Source: Selaginella moellendorffii
Taxonomy: Eukaryota; Plantae; Lycopodiophyta
Length of the DNA stretch: 8,896 nt
Assembly: GCF_000143415.4 (NCBI RefSeq)
Contig: NW_003314625.1
Coordinates: forward strand, 1 to 8,896
Direction: 5' to 3'
A model generated the notes under the pieces. That model was not told where the DNA came from. It searched no databases and worked only from the letters and a program-made list of their open reading frames with translations. Below are positions 7,855-8,896 of the stretch, piece after piece. The translations under genes were made by a program, and so were the position numbers. Numbering within the stretch: the stretch's first letter is position 1; every line of letters begins with the position of its first letter.

Positions 7855-8895
7855 TCAAGCTCCTGGTCCATCTTCCACAGCCGTATACATCAAAGAGGCA
7901 TTGAGCCCATCACTCCGAGATAGTACACCTTTCAATTGGCTGATATAAAATACTAGATGAATTTTCACCCCAGCTGGCAACTGCACCTGATAAGCCGCTT
8001 TACCAATGTGCTCCAGCACTTCATATGGACCAGCATATTGATGGGAAAGTTTATCACTCTTCTCTGTCCGTAAAGGCACCAAGGTATTCCACTGCTCACT
8101 TGACGGAAAGATCACTCGCACAAAGACGAAATCACCCACCTTATATTCCTGGAATTGGTGATGCTTATTGGCAAACTTCTCCACTCTATCCTGAGCTACT
8201 CGCAAATTCCATTTGCACACCACCAAAATCTCATCAAGTTTCAAATGCAATCCCAACTCCACCGCTATTCAAGGATGCCTTCCAAACATGGCAAAGTAAG
8301 GATTTAGTTTGGTTCCACTGTGTTGGCTATTGTTGTAAGCAAATTGCACCAACAGAAGATATAGATCCCACTGTCCTTGCCTTTAACCAATGCTACAACG
8401 TAGCATATCCTTCACCACCTGATTCACATGCTCGGTTTACCGATCCGTCTGAGGATGATCTCCAATCAAGAGTTTCAAAATCACTTACATAGCCTTTGCA
8501 AAACTTTTCCAAAATCCACTGGTGAACTTTGAATCTCGATCACTAATAATGTCCTCCAGCAAACCAAAATCAGGAAAAACCTTCTCCAAGTAAACTACAG
8601 TGAAGTCTGAGGCAATGATAGTCTTCTGAAGAGCCAACAACCACACATACTTCGTCAATCGATCCAATATGACCTATACTTGCTTCTTTTGCCTCTATGT
8701 TTGTAGCAAACAAGTGATAAAGTCTATAGAGATACTACACTAATGGCTCTGAGGAATAGGTAAAGGTTGCAAAAGTCCCCCTAGCTTCTCCCGTGGCACC
8801 TTAACCCACTGACAAAGCTCGCATGATTTACAATACTTGAGGATATTACTTTTCATATTCCTCCAATAAAAATTGCACTTAATCAACTCATACGT
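7855..8895 (-). pseudogene. pol: Ty3/Gypsy pol integrase region, inactivated by in-frame stops
   Basis: Single frame: FYWRNMK...CKSCELCQ (C2 half of the H2C2 finger), GLLQPLPIP, SIDFIT (D), DRLTKY, IISDRDSKFTSGFW (D), HPQTDR*TEHVN (E), FAYNNS, and the GPY/F module YAGPYEVLEHIGKAAYQVQLP...IHLVFYISQLK. Seven internal stops and no frameshift seen. Confidence 0.95.
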
Positions 8896-8896
8896 G

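Larger units (their letters stand above)
7096..8896 (-). mobile_element. Ty3/Gypsy LTR retrotransposon, 3' part (continues beyond the window)
   Basis: The order integrase - PPT - LTR, with integrase last in pol and a GPY/F motif, is diagnostic of Ty3/Gypsy. Confidence 0.92.

Noticed and set aside
7751-8492. Plus-strand ORFs 7751-7948 and 8025-8492 as an antisense retroelement gene
   Set aside because: They overlap the integrase, PPT and LTR with no motif support. Open antisense frames are common over pol.

Overview
Eukaryotic draft-assembly DNA with two N gaps (1898-2020 and 7263-7362). It is probably from a non-seed land plant: several spliceosomal introns are only 56-68 bp, which is Selaginella-like, but this is inference. 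All recognisable coding sequence is on the minus strand. (1) 1-1897: a multi-exon Crinkler/CR-effector-like gene with a heptad coiled-coil header and a P-loop NTPase. It continues past the annotated ORF stop through either a 68-bp intron or a frameshift and runs off the window. (2) ~2400-3060: orphan coding debris, including a 33-codon cytochrome P450 (CYP78A-like) fragment. (3) 3664-6875: a decayed ~1000-codon Mutator/MULE-type transposase with a WRKY/GCM1-like Zn domain, DD plus CxxH core, C-terminal SWIM finger and two short introns. (4) ~7096-8896: the 3' end of a decayed Ty3/Gypsy retrotransposon (integrase, PPT, 3' LTR). Family assignments come from motif recognition by eye, not database searches. 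I see no wholly new system. The most interesting signals are the apparently near-intact CR-type NTPase gene in a plant-like genome and the possible Pack-MULE-like P450 capture beside a GCM-type MULE.
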